DNA of 64,000 nt, from contig CDMY01000255.1 of NCBI GenBank assembly GCA_001179505.1, positions 372,001 to 436,000 on the forward strand. Reading direction: 5' to 3'. The notes beneath the pieces are model-generated. The model saw nothing but the letters and a program-made list of their open reading frames with translations, ran no database searches and had not been told where the DNA came from. Shown piece after piece: positions 31,201 through 44,473 of the stretch (positions are counted from its first letter, which is position 1; each line of letters begins with the position of its first letter). The stretch is from Vitrella brassicaformis CCMP3155 (taxonomy: Eukaryota; Protista; Chromerida). The translations under genes were made by a program, and so were the position numbers.

Positions 31201-34200
31201 GAGCGGCCATTCTCTCCTCTGTGCTCGCATTAGCTCGATACACCTGGATATAGACAGAGGGGACACGGCAGACTCAGGCGTACATCGCTGATCTCGCTCC
31301 TTCACCTGTATGCCCAGGGATGGTGTGCCCGTGACGGCGGCTCGATGACTCCACTGGGACCACTCAACGCCAGGCTTCCCCATCCAGGCCACAAACGAGC
31401 AGTCAGTACAGCTTAAGGCCCCACTAGAAGGAGCTGCAGCACTATACTGCAGCCGACTTGTCGACACGGCCCCTGCTGCTGATCCAGGGTGGCTGCCCGA
31501 TGTCTCCCATGATACCACGGCCTCACCAGAGACCGACAGAGAGAAGGAGCCCACCAAGCCGAGGGAGCCCGACGTCTCTAGTGTTTCCACCGTGTTGGGC
31601 TTTGCTGTCTGCAGCGAGGCCTTGGCCATGAGCATCTCCTGAATGAATTGCAGGTGTCGGCTCATCTTGGCGGCAGCCTTGCGGGAGACGACAGGAAGCT
31701 CTCGGTCCCCCCATCTGAGTGTACTCGTCAGCAGCATGGACGTGTCTGGCTCGCTGACGGCAGAGGGATTGCCCCATTGGGGGGGCAGCCACCAGCCGGG
31801 CAGAAAGGAGGGCGCACTGCTCGAGGCGGGGCTCCTCTGCAGCCTCCTCCGTGAGAAAGTGGCCCCCGTAAGGACATCCGCCAAGTAGAAGGGGAACGGG
31901 GAGGGGACGACAAAGGATGGAGGGATCCCACACGGACACTCGCCCAGGAATGCGGGGGCTCCTTCAGTTGACGAGTTGAGAACGATCATCTTGCGGAGAT
32001 TGCTGGGGGGCTGAAAGCGATCCGGACTCACTTTCTTGATGCTGAGTTTGGCCTCGACATTCGACAGATCGGCTGCAGTGTACACGTGGGCAAACGAGGA
32101 GGGAAATTCGAAAGTACAAGTGGTCACTGGTTGCTGTTTCCCGGTGTCATTTGGTGGTGGTGGGGTTGTGCATGAGACGTTGGCCTTGAGATAAGTGGGG
32201 TCCCAGCAGAGATAGGATGGAGGCTCACCGGCTTGTTGCTCCACATAGTATAGGCAGAACGGGCGGGTGTTGTCATGGACCAGGGCATTGTAAGGTCCCT
32301 CCTCCCCTTCCACCAGCGCCGAGGCCTCATCCGGTGGGATGGGCGGCAGCAGAGACACGATACCTTCTGTCATGTTGAGCACTGTCTCGAGGGCCGGCCC
32401 GCTTAGGGAAGATGCAGAGCTTTCCAGGACAATAACGCCCAGGAAGTCAGTAGCGACTGCGAGAATTCCCTCCGACAGCCGAGAGCTGTCGCTCAGGACA
32501 TGCCTGAGGACCTGCAGATGCAGCTCAATGTAGGCCGATGACAGGGGAACCAGCGAGGCAGCTGCCGCAGCGTCAGTAAACAAGGTCTCCGCCATGCCCA
32601 GGATGTACTCGGCCATCTCTTGCTGCAGAAGCCGCTGGCTGGCCATGCGATCGCACGCTACGCCCTCCCAGCCAGCGTCACACACACATCGGTCGGTGTC
32701 TTGTTTGGTCACATAGATGAGCTGTTGTTCGATGACCTCCACTGTACCATCCCTGTTGACCCTCGTCAGCGTCACTCGAGGGGAGAAGTCCACACTCGAG
32801 GCATCGACTGTACGGGCCACGAGCCGCAGCTCCTGAACGAGTCGCACGTTGGGACACCGGCCATGTTCACCGCAGTGCTCGCTGCAGTTGAAGGAAAAAT
32901 CGCTTGGCTGCGTGCGGTCCGGCCAGAGTGCCGCCAGAGCCACCTCCTGCAAAGCCTGCAAGACGGCAGACGGGCCGGAAGCACGAAGACGGTCGATGCT
33001 CTCCTTGATTTTATCGAACTCGGCAGGGAGTGAGACGGGCTGCGAAGCGGGGACGGCAGATTGTTGGTAGTCGAGGGGTAGAGCGGCGAGCCAGGGGTGG
33101 AGGGTGGGCCCCGTGCTCTCAAGAAACGACACATTATGGGTGGCTGATGTGGTCACTGAGCCCAGCCAATCCGACACGACCGCCCTAACGCTGAAGCACA
33201 CACAAAGCCCAAAGGCATGTACATCAGTCAGCGACACAATCCATCCGGTCCTCACCCAATCTTTCCACGTCTCGGATAGAGAAGCGCTTTCAGGTGAGGC
33301 ACATACATCCAATCCGACAGCAACACGAAGTCCTCGTCCGTGTCTGACGCAGTAGTGCGGGCTGTGGTGTTGGCTTCCGTCACATTGGGGGACACCTCGT
33401 TGGGTGCGGCATCGATGAACGGATAGAAATCCCTGTGGCGCGTCTCAAGGAAGGGCTGGTACTCAAATCTGTAGGCAAGTGGCAGATGGTCGGCACTCCA
33501 CCCCCTAAGGTCGAAGTCCGCCTCCCAAAGCCCAAAGGTGGCTGCCTTCTCCATTGCTCTCACAGACAAGCTCCCTCCCCCTGGTGGAGACGACGCCTCG
33601 ATCAGCTGGTCCGCGGTGACCTTAAGCAGCGTGCTGTCGGGATTGACGGCAGGGTGCTGCCAGTCGAGGCCTAGAGTGAGAGTCAGACGAAAATTCAGGA
33701 CAACGCCTGGCAGCAGCAGCAGTGGCGGCACGTGGATGAAGAGAGAAGAAGACTTGGAGGACAGGTCAACGGTGGCGTTTGAAAGGGTAGCATTGACACT
33801 TTTCGACCGTGATGGTGTGTCTTGGACTGGCCAAAACTGATCAGCTCTCTCGAAAGGGGTGCCCACGCTCCACTCGACCTCATACGCATAGATGGTCTCC
33901 CCCTCCATCTCCAACGGTCTCGCCACATACTGGAAATCGCGCGTCGTCGAGGCTGCACCGGCCGCAGGCGACGCCGTCCCGTTGGTCCTCTGATTCAGTT
34001 GCGCGGCCAGCACGAAGCCAAAGCCCTCTGGCACCGTCACCACCGTTTTTGCACCTCCAGATGTGTCGATGATTGTCTTGGTTGGTGCGTGCTGGTATGC
34101 CGATGGCAGCCCTTCCCCCCTGTCGTAGCTGAGGGAGTCAGCCACGCGCAGAGGTGGCACCTGGTGGAGGGCTGGGACATGTCTCGGGCTGTCAGGCTGC

Positions 34201-37200
34201 AGAATTGTCATAATGCTCGCCTCTACTGCGGATGGCTCCAGCGTGCCTGCAAAGAAAGGAGTAGTCCATCAAGAGGGAAAGACCTTTATCCTCTGGTGCA
34301 GTTCACTGAAAGAGTGAGCGCCTTGGAGAATCCTCCTGCTGATCGTTGCATCGGCAGCGTCCAGTGGGGCGAGCTGAGTCTCTCGCACCTTGACGGTAAA
34401 TGCCTTCTTGCCGCAAAGACCGGCATTCAAACAGGCTGTGGCAGTGAAAACATAAGTGCCAGGCACAAGCTTGTTTGCAGGAATGAACAGTCGTCTTGAT
34501 TTGTCTCCCTCGGTCAGATAATCAGCCATATGGATCGGCTGAGAGTCGTTTGTTCCCGTCCATTCTAACGAGGGGCTCTTGCTGAACAAGGCCGTCACCT
34601 CGGCTGGCGGCAGCTGACGGAGACCCGTGCAGCCATATGAGATCAGCACCTCTATCTCCAACAGCAGGGGGTCGCCCTCCGAAAGTGTTATAGCCGGTGG
34701 CTGAAACCCATGGACGACTGGCACTGGGGCTTCATTCGGCAGAATCTGCATCGAGTGGCGGGTGCTGGCACTCTGGCCCAGGACGTCGGTGATGGTGAGC
34801 TCGAAGGTATAGAGGAAGCCCGACGTTAGTGGAGGGGGCAGCATGCCTGTGCCCCACCACTCGGCCGACGCCACGAAGGAGAGAATGGAGCCGTTGACAA
34901 GCTGAGGACTGTTTGAATACACAGTCTGCAGCCGCAGGAGCTCGGCTGATGCTGCCGCTGGTGTCTGTGTCTCGAGCGCATTCACGTCATGCACTCTCCA
35001 TTTATACTGAAACACAACACCGAAAGGACACCAGTTGGCCATCCAAAGACACACTTATCTTATATGTACCATTATCGGCCACGTGGGAAGCCCAGGGATT
35101 GTGGAATAGGCACCGGACAGATCCGCACCCATACACCGAGATATCGCACCCGGCCCTGAGATTATCGCTCTGAGAGGGATCTGGGGCGTGCCTGCTTCCA
35201 CCGTGACATTCTGAGCCTCATTTGCCGACCCTAGGGAGAAATTAGCACCTTAGTAGCAGTCATGCACCGATGATGCCATACAACCCGCTTACCCGGCGCG
35301 AATCGGTATCGCCTTATCGCACCTTCTTCGATGGCCAGCACTGAGCCAGGTCTTACAGTCGCCCCTTCGGCAACCACAATCCGGGCTGTGCCGGGACTGT
35401 CGAACGAGCATGACGCCTGTCCGGCTCTCATATCCCCATTGGTAGCTTCGAGAAGCCGCAAAGGCTCTGCACCAAACAGCGACTGGCAGGGGAAGACCCG
35501 CTTGGTGGTCGGGGGCCCGCCCGTTGACGCGACGCCCCCGATGACCACCGGATTTGGCGAGAACGAGAGGGAGATGGCGGCAAACGAGGGTGAGAATGTG
35601 GCGGATACCACCCTTGAAGGGACGGCCTCGACGCATATCGAACTGTATGCACAGAAACACACGTACGCTCCGGTTGGTTGATTGGACTGCCATGTCATTT
35701 GTGTGTGACCTGGGTAGCGGGTAGTTTGGGGCATCGACTGATGGGCTGACTCGGAAGCAGTAGAAGTCATCTTCGATGCCACATGTGACATTGCACCCGT
35801 CCCCACTTAGCAAGTTGCCTACATCAGAACATGGTTCAGTGACGTTGGAGCATACACACACACACTCTCTTGTCTGTTTGATCAAGCTTTGCACCGTCGT
35901 CACATTGCTCCATAGCCTCGACCAGGATAGAGTCCCCGCAGACAGTTGAGCACTCAGAAAGCTCACCAGACGACGCAGGCGGCCTGGTACACTCATACCC
36001 CTTCTCGATCTTGCACCCTGAATCACATCCATCCCCCGAACTCGTATCGCCGTCATCACACTCCTCCGACGGCTGGACGATGCCATCGGAGCACCGCGAC
36101 ACTCCTTCGTATCGACATGATTGACAGCTCTCTGTTGATCCTGTTGTGTTGGACGTCTCGCACTCCTCATGTGCATCCAGCCGTCCGTTGCCGCATGTCG
36201 ATTGGCAAATTGAAGGCTTGGGCCCATATGGGCTGTCTACTATCGCTTGGGCAAGATTCAGGTCCACTGAGGGAGGCAACCCCCCATCAGATCCCGACTC
36301 CCGCTGACTCCACAGTTCGACGCTCTCTGACATCGCAATGAGAGCCGTGACGTTGCTGAGATATTCCGAGCGGTTGACGGGTGGCAACGGCGCTCCTCTG
36401 GTGCAGTGGTAGCCTGGTTGTGTCTTGCCGTTGAGGCATCCGAGCGAGAGTGGGTCAGCAGAGGGCATAACAAGAGGCAGAATGGCGGCGAAGAGGGCTC
36501 CCGTGTCACATGTCTCCCCTCCTGTCTCATAGCCATCCCCAAAGATGGGCGAACACACAGACGGCTTGCCCCCCTGGTGACACACAGCAATATACATAAC
36601 AGGAGACGATGAAGCAACAGGATACTCCGTGGATGCCTGTGCATTCGTGGCGTGATGGCCCCACCATTTCTTCGCGTCTATCGCATGAAAAGGTGCTTTC
36701 CACGATACACGTCTTGCTGCAGCCGTCACTGGCCCACGCGTTCCCATCGTCGCTGTAAGAACGAGAAGAGGCAGAGTACATGATTTGCCAAAAGGGCGTC
36801 TGGCTCTTCTTTCGACCATTCTTCCCCCAGTGGGTGGACAGTCCCATCACCACAGTGTGGCCTGCAAACGGATATCGGCCGCTTGGCGGCTTGTTGTACT
36901 TGGACCTGGTCCTGTCTGGCTGAGAGTGTTTCGTTGATGAGGACGAAGGCGTCGTCTGTGCTCCCCGCTTGAGCAGTGGATGTCTCGTTGGCTGCAGGGC
37001 CGGTCACTTGCAGGAACGTTAGCGGTCCCTGCTCCATCCCTTCAAAGCTTAGCTCACACAGCCAGCCCTCCTCAATAAGGCACTGTGAGCTGCAGCCGTC
37101 ACCATCTACCAGATTGCCTACAGACAGAGAGGAAGAGAGTCCGTGTAGTTCCACGTCGTGGTCGTTTCTCATGACAGGTACAGTACCATCGTCACAGCTT

Positions 37201-40200
37201 TCCTCTTCCTGGACAAAGATGCCGTCGCCACACACCGCTCGGCACTCAGTTGTGCCGTTGATGGGCTCGATCAAGCACATGTAGCCAGTGAGGATCATGC
37301 AAACCCCTGCGTCACACCCCGTCGGCAGCGACGGGGGCATGCCGGATGGGAAGGGAGTGATGCCGTGTGTTGTCCAGTTGAAGACTCCACTGCCGGCAGG
37401 TGTTGATCCTTCACCGAGGCCGATGAGAGGGATGTCGCATTGCTGCACGGCAGAAAGGACGGGCTGAATGCAAGTGCAAACATCTTCTTTAAGTGCTCGC
37501 TCACACCTCATTGCCAACAACAAGACCATCGCCGCAGACCTCTTGGCATACGTCAGTGGATAGGGCAGAGCCTCCGGCACATTCATAGCCTTCTTCCACA
37601 GTGCACTTGGCACTGCACCCTCTCTGCTCGATCCCACCTGGCACATTGATGTATATTGGAATTCACTCTGACGTACTATTCGGCTCACCTGTGTCACAGT
37701 GTTCGTCGCCGACTCTGAGGCCGTCGTTGCATACCGGCAGACACATGCCGGGGCCAGTGACGCTTTGATGGCACTCCCACCCTCTTGCTATTCTGCAGTC
37801 TGAACAGCCACCGCCTGAGAGGGGCACAGCCAGGGGTCGTAAACGGGGTCCTCTCGACGACAACTCTGTTTGTATGCGGTACGTACCATGGGACTGGTTC
37901 CCCAGGTCGCATTCCTCATTGTCGGATTTGAAGGCGTCGCCACATTCGGCTGCGCACTCCTGCTTGCACCTGCAAATGATGGCCCGGTCTGGAGTCGACA
38001 AAGGAACGCCTTCAGGTACAAAGCACTCGCGAGGGCACGCACACTGGAATCCCTGCTCGATCCGACACCGATCATCGCATCCGTCCGCAGCCAGTAGATT
38101 GCCTACATGCATACAATCACAAGAGGGGTCCGTCCGTCGGCGACGCTTCAGCGTCCTTGACCATCATCGCATTGCTCATGCGGCGACTCCAGCACGCCAT
38201 TCCCACACGTCGAGGGACACTTGAGCGGCTCCCCCGGCGACCTCAAGGAGCATTCGGAAGGCCCCTTGATGAGGGGCAGCTGGACGCCGGGCGTGAGGGT
38301 GAGGCGATCCACTGATGGCGAGTTGGCGAGCTCTTCGCGCATTCTCTTGTATACCGCGGCGGCTGATGGGTCTAGACTTGCGGGGCAGCACTCGTACGAT
38401 TCCTCAACAAGACATGAAGGGGAGCAGCCATCGCCGCCGCTGAGACACACGAAAGATGCTCCAAGTATGTCCAGATGCGGAACCTGTTGCCTCATCCCTT
38501 ACACGATATTCATGTCATCGCAACTCTCCCCTCCAGCTGTGTAGCCGTCCCCGCAGATGGGAAAGCATGTCGACCGTCTTGCTTCCGTCATGATGTCGAT
38601 GGCACATTCCCAGAAGGGCTCGATGGTACAACTCGACGAGCAGCCCTGTAGGACAAGCGCTGCAGAAGGAGGGTGGATTACTTGACGCTTGTTCACCTTA
38701 CGTCATCGTTGTGTGTGTTGCCGTCATCGCTAGAAAGGGACGACAGGAAGAAACGTGAGTCGGTGTCACCATATTTGTGCACAAGATTTGCTCTCTCGCC
38801 TGCCTCACCACTCTTCCAATCCCAGCTTGCGACCATCGCCACAGATGGGGACGCAAGGCTGCCCCTCCCCCACTTCAGCCCTCATTGGACACACCCAGCC
38901 TTCTTCAACAGTGCAATTGGGGTAGGCACATCCATCCGCAGACCTCGTGTCGCCGTCACACTGATGAAAAAGGAGATCAGACAGCATCCAATAATTCTTT
39001 GGGTGCATGTCTCAGCAAGCAGCTCGTGATATCACTTGCTCGGTGTCCTTGATCATCATGTCTCCGCACAGGGGGTGGCAGACCGACAGACTGATTGCGG
39101 GCCCACCACCCTCGGGCAGAGTGTCTGAGGTGGCTGAGTCTTCATGGCAAAAGTAACCTCTCTCAATCTCGCAGAAGACGCTACAGCCATCGCCATTCAC
39201 CAGGTTTCCTACATGGGAAAACAGCGAAAGTACGTCAACAGGAACGGCGATCTTGTCTTACCATCATCACACTGTTGTCCCACAAATGTCCCTGAACCTG
39301 AGTAGGCAGTCAAATAGTAGGGACGACAGTGGTATCTGTACATGAGAAACGCATCTATTGTGGTTCATTGATCTGCTTTCTTTCGTGATACCGGTTGCTG
39401 CTCCGCCCCTTCGTTCTGGCATCCGAATCCCGTCAGAGCACTCGGGCACGCACATGTCCGGCTGATATTGTCGATGGGCCCACTTCTCAACGCCAGCAGG
39501 CACCCGTGGCCGATAGCAGCTGAGCGAGAAAACAAAGACAGAGCGAAGGCGGATATCTGATGAGTTAGGCGAAGTTCTGTTTCCTACGTGAAGCCCTTCT
39601 CAATCTGACAGGTCCGGCTACACCCGTCGCCGGAGAGGGTATTGGAATCATCGCACTATGTCACCAAGCAGACAGATACAGAGGTCTAAGAGTGAGGCAG
39701 AAGTGGCCTAGGTGTGTTCTCACTTGTTCTAGGGGCTTGATAAGCAGAGAGTCCCCGCATTTGGGCAAGCAGAGGTCAGGCTGTCCCGTCTTGGCGCGGC
39801 TGAAACACTCCCACCCCTCCTCTACTTGGCAGACTTCATTGCATCCGTCCCCTCCGATCAAGTCTCCGTCATCACAGGCCTGTGTCCACAGGATCTAGGT
39901 GGCAAACTACTTCGGGCAGATTGAGTGCACTGACCTCATGCGCAGGGACACGATATCCATCTGAGCAATTCGGGATGCACGCCGAACCATTGATGCCGAG
40001 GACTTCATCGCACAGCCAGCCCTTTTCGATGCGGCAAAGGTGGTCGCAGCCGTCGTTTGGGTTTAGATTACCTGCAATACATCAAGCGGGACACCGTAAG
40101 TGTGAGAGCGTCTCCCTCTAAGCGCCGTCGAAGCCTTACCATCATCACACTCCTCAAGGCCGTAGGGATTCAGTTTGCCGTCCCCGCAAGCCTCCCGCAG

Positions 40201-43200
40201 ACACAGCTCGACGCCGTTCCTCATCTCCTCCAGATTGGTCTTGTTCACTCTCAAATCACCGATAGCGCTCTGCGCATCCGCAGGGTACTGCTTCAGCCGC
40301 ACACAGACCCAGCCGGGAGCCACTTTGCACTCTCTTGTGCATCCGTCATTATTGTTGATGTTGGCGTCATCACATCTGGGCAGCGACAAGCAAAGAACTT
40401 GACGGGGCAGATGTCCGAACATTCACTCCTTACTCTTCGCCTCCAAAGCGGAAGCCGTCTGGACACGTGGCTTGGCACTCACTTGTGAAGCTCTCCAATG
40501 ATGGACTCCAGACGTCCTTGCACGTGAATCCGAAACGTGTCTCGATGGTGCAGTTGGACGAACAGCCGTCTCCGTCGATCAGGTTGCCTGCAAATCAGAC
40601 ACAGATTCGTCATTGCATAGCTCGGCAATTCGTATCCCTGAGCTGCCCCTTCGCATGAGAGATTGACCATCGTCACACTCCTCGCGTCTGTATGCTTCGA
40701 GATGGATGCTGTTCGTCTCATTGACCGTCTCGTCAATGTAGATATACACGTCTGATGAGCAGACAAACACATTCGTGGATGGACAGACAAGAAAGCGGCC
40801 TTCTTTGCGGTATACACACGTCCGTCGCCTGCACATACAACGACAAGGTGGCGGATGCAACGACATTGGCCGCTACAGTCAAAGTCGTTGGCATGAGGTG
40901 CACGCACCGCAGTCAATGTTGCAATCATCGTGTCCAGACGGGCCAGGCGAGCACGAATAGAACTTCTCCACCAATCCATGATTGTCACAACCATCGTTCT
41001 CGAGCCTGTTCATATCGTCGCACTCCTCAGAGCCCACACGGATCTAAAATTAAACACATGCGTGGCAAATGACAGATGCGTGTGAGGCGCGTGACGCGTG
41101 TGAGGCGGGCTGTAATGTTCGTTCATCTTCTCTGACCCACCCCGTCTCCGTGGATGGGGCTGCAGTACAAGTACTGCGTGATATTGTCAGGGGCATTCCA
41201 ACGAAGGCCACACGTCCAACCTGTCTCTATCTCACACCAACTGTTGCACCCATCTCCTACCAAAAGAATATACAATGGACAAGCATCCAGGGGAAGGAAT
41301 CGCCTCACCTGGCTGGATGTTTGCGTCGTCGCACCCCTCGCTCTCTTCTCTGATGCCATCGCCGCACAAACCAACCGTCCTCGCCACAAATACATCCGAG
41401 GGGGGCGATTGGCCCGTGCTCGTCTGAACTGACAGTCGTAGGCCGTAACTCGTCGATGATCGGAGATTTGGCAAGATCAAATGAGTGTCGAATCCGCTGA
41501 GTGTCATTGTTCTGCTTGGCAGCTCAGCCCAATTTGTGCCAAGTCCACGAGCATCTTCATAGACTTCCAACAACATCTCCAAGACGGGCAACCCGCCGGA
41601 CAGGGTCGGACGATATGTCACGTTGAGTGCCAGAGAGGTCGAATAGGCCTTGCGAAGCGCGAAAGAGGTCAGGGGAGGCTTTGATGGGGCCATGAATCGC
41701 GTCGTAAAGTCTGCATACGAGAGCGCTACGGGATTGCCGTAATAGTCTTGATATGAAAGCCGGATGCGATAGCGAGTGCCGTCTCTCAGGTACCCAGTAA
41801 AGGGAGCAAGGATGGGCTCTGTTGTGACCGCATGAGTGACCTTTGACGTCGGTTGCTGACTCGCGGTGCGGAGTAGCGGGTGGGGCGCCATTGATGGGCT
41901 CGAAGGGTCAAGGAAAAGGTCATTCACCAGTAGCTGCATGTGAGTAGAGGAGCGATGACGTGCATCGCGCTTTCACCAATGTTTTTTTCACCTCAATCGT
42001 TTTCCACACGCCATATTCTTCCATCTTGGGCACAACCGTGAAGGAATATGGGGCGATAGGATCTCTGGCGCCCTGATCCCACTCAACCATCTCTGAAAGC
42101 GGCAAATGAGAATGACATGTCACACAAATGGCCAGTCATTCTTGCTTTCCTTGCCGTCGTGCCTTCAATATCGACGAGGAGCGACCCAGCTTTCGCGGGC
42201 TCGGGGATGCGATAGGAGATGCTGAGCGGCTGAGACACGGGAAGCGAGTCGACCTGGAGTTGAGCCGACTCGGTAAATCGATCGATCCAATGGAACAGAT
42301 CGTATACATAGGTGCTATTCGCCTCATTGCCATCGGCATCTTGTGCTTGCAGTTCCAAATCATAGGAAGCACCATCCACGAGGCCGATCGATGCTCCATC
42401 GCTGCTGTTGAAATCGTCGACCAACAGCGGACCACCTCGATGTATCTGCGCTGGCAAGTATGGCGATACGTTGCTGTCGATGCTTCGGCTTAGGTTGGAC
42501 GCCGTAAGCAGCAGGTCATGTGGCCCCTGCTGGCAGCCCTCCCAACTCAGCCTCAAGTAGTAGGGCGCGCCAGTGTCGTTGACGGGAGAGGACGGAGAGA
42601 GGGATAATATCAGGAAGGCAGTCCACTCCGCCATTGCCTCAGGCAGGTGATAGCGTAGGTTAATTTCTTGATGCAGCCAGGACCCGTTGTGGAGGCTGAC
42701 CAGCTCGGGGGCCTCCGTATAGTTGTCCTGCCTGAGGGTGAGCCGTGTCGCCGTGACATTGGCCTGCTCGTGATCAAACACATCTTGATAAGACACGATG
42801 AGATCGTAGATGGCGCCTTCTAGCAGACGGTGGTGGAAGTCAGTGTCCTCCAGCGGCACGGGGAGGGAGCCATTGGAGGATATCGATGTGAACAGGGGGC
42901 TGGCCGAGTCCGTCATGAACGGATGCCAGTGCTGGGACATATTGACTGAGTTGATATAGACCCTGCAGACGGAAACGGAGCAGAAGAGAAAAAAGATATC
43001 GGGGTCTCTCACGTGTCACACTTTTCTTTCTGTCCACTGACACGAAGCTGCCCGCTCTTGCGAAGTCCGCATTGACAGTGAGGATGTGGGGCGTGTCGGG
43101 ATCGGTCACAAGCCTGATCTCGTCTGAGAAGACGTCTAAAGGGGCATTGACGAGCGTGATCGTCACTGTGTTGTGAGATGGCCACTCGGGCAGCACAACC

Positions 43201-44473
43201 TCAATGGCCAGCCGCTGCGAAACGTCTGTGTTTGGCGCTGGAACGTGAATGACCTGCCCACCCAGACAAGTCGAGGGGGGTAGCTGTCGAGCCATTCCAT
43301 CGCCTTACTTACCGGCTCCATGGTCGACTCATCAGTGGGAATCTTTGATATCTCCTCATACACTGGACCCCCTCCCCAGCACGTGGCATTCCCATCTGTA
43401 TCCAGTCCACAGATGAACGACCCCCCGGCAGCCACATCCTTGGTCTTTAAGGGGGGCGTATCACACTGGCCGTTGTCATTGGAACCCCAGCAGTGCGTCA
43501 TTGCTAGGCTATCGATGCCACAGCAATGAAACGATCCGCAAGACACCTAAAAGGAGGGGGGAGGGGGCAGGGAAGAGAAGATAGGCTTGTTTTCTCCACC
43601 AAAGGCACCCGCTGACCTTGTCCCAGAATACTGTGTCTTGATTGTCTTGGTATATATCGCCGAGAACGGGCGGTGTCGTTTGCCCAAATGCCTGCAAGCC
43701 CCAACATGTGACCTGTGCAGCATCCAGGACGGCACAGCAGACGTCCTCGTAACAGCTCAAATCACTCCAGCTGTCCACGGCTGCCAAGGCAGGAGGGCTC
43801 GTGCGGGCGTCGGGGACGCCCCAACATACCAACACCTGAACAAAAGGAACCCAAATGCGCCAAGAGCGCTTCGTGCAATCAAGATTCTATCTACCTTGGT
43901 GAGTGTGGATGCGCATGTGTGGTACGTGCCAGCAGCAATGAGGTCGTATCTCCCCTGATAAGAAGGGGGGACGCTGCTCTGCCGGTTGGAGTTGTCACCA
44001 AAGCAATAAACATGGTTCAAATTCGTCACGCCACATGAATGGAAGCCGCCGGCCGTCAGCGAAGTGAAATGCTCGTTCTTCGCCAGGTCCTGTGTCGGAA
44101 CGTCCAGCTGCCCCTCACTGCCTCTCCCCCAGCAGTGTGCCGTCGGCAGTGCAGAGCCCAGGGTCAGCAGATCATCTTGCAGTGCAAGCGTTGGCACGGA
44201 CGGGAAGCCGCTGCCCGGCCCTGCTTGGGTAACGCCGCATGCGTGGAACGGTCCGGCCGACAGCTGGGAGAAGAGGAAGCCCACTGGAGGCATCGTGCGG
44301 CCAGTGAGGTCTTGGCCGCCATGCCATCCCACAGCAGTGCCGTGCGGGGCGGCAATAGCCAGACAGTAGTCATCTCCACAGTCGATGTGGTCGAAGTGAA
44401 TAGTAACCGAGGCAGCGGGCATCGCAAAGCTCATCAGAAACGTCCACACACGCCTCCACCGCGACATTTTCAT
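28300..44473 (-). CDS. Giant multi-domain surface receptor (polycystin-1/REJ-GPS family-like): signal peptide, RCC1/BLIP-II-like repeats, Ig-like and FN3 modules, about 20 Myxococcus-type Cys-rich repeats, REJ, EGF, GAIN/GPS and about 6 TM
   Basis: Consecutive minus-strand ORFs join in frame through short GT-AG introns (e.g. STLTK|VLVCWG, FWDK|VSCGSFH, GKIG|VRAVVSDWLGS, EASK|LRDG). Motifs: SAGPFHACG, CWGSNDNGQ, CGDG..EECDDGN..GDGC, PPGGGSLSV..GW..PLAYRFEY, CVCDAGWEGVAC, CVVWD..W..GC..CTC. Confidence 0.75.
35750..41375 (-). repeat. Coding array of about 20 Cys-rich repeats (CG[D/N]G..EECDDGN..GDGC..C..E.G[W/Y].C; Myxococcus cysteine-rich/DUF4215-like)
   Basis: Repeated units such as CGDGIREESEGCDD, CGDGKLNPYGLEECDDG, CGDSLLIKPLEQCDD, CGDGYTAGGESCDD, CGNGVLESPHEQCDDG, CGDGIFVQEEESCDDG and CSDGIVQPSEECDDGDTSSGDGC. 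Confidence 0.85.

Noticed and set aside
43286-43314. Possible 29-nt mini-intron in the giant gene
   Set aside because: A 59-nt intron using the downstream gggcag acceptor also restores the frame and has a better pyrimidine tract.
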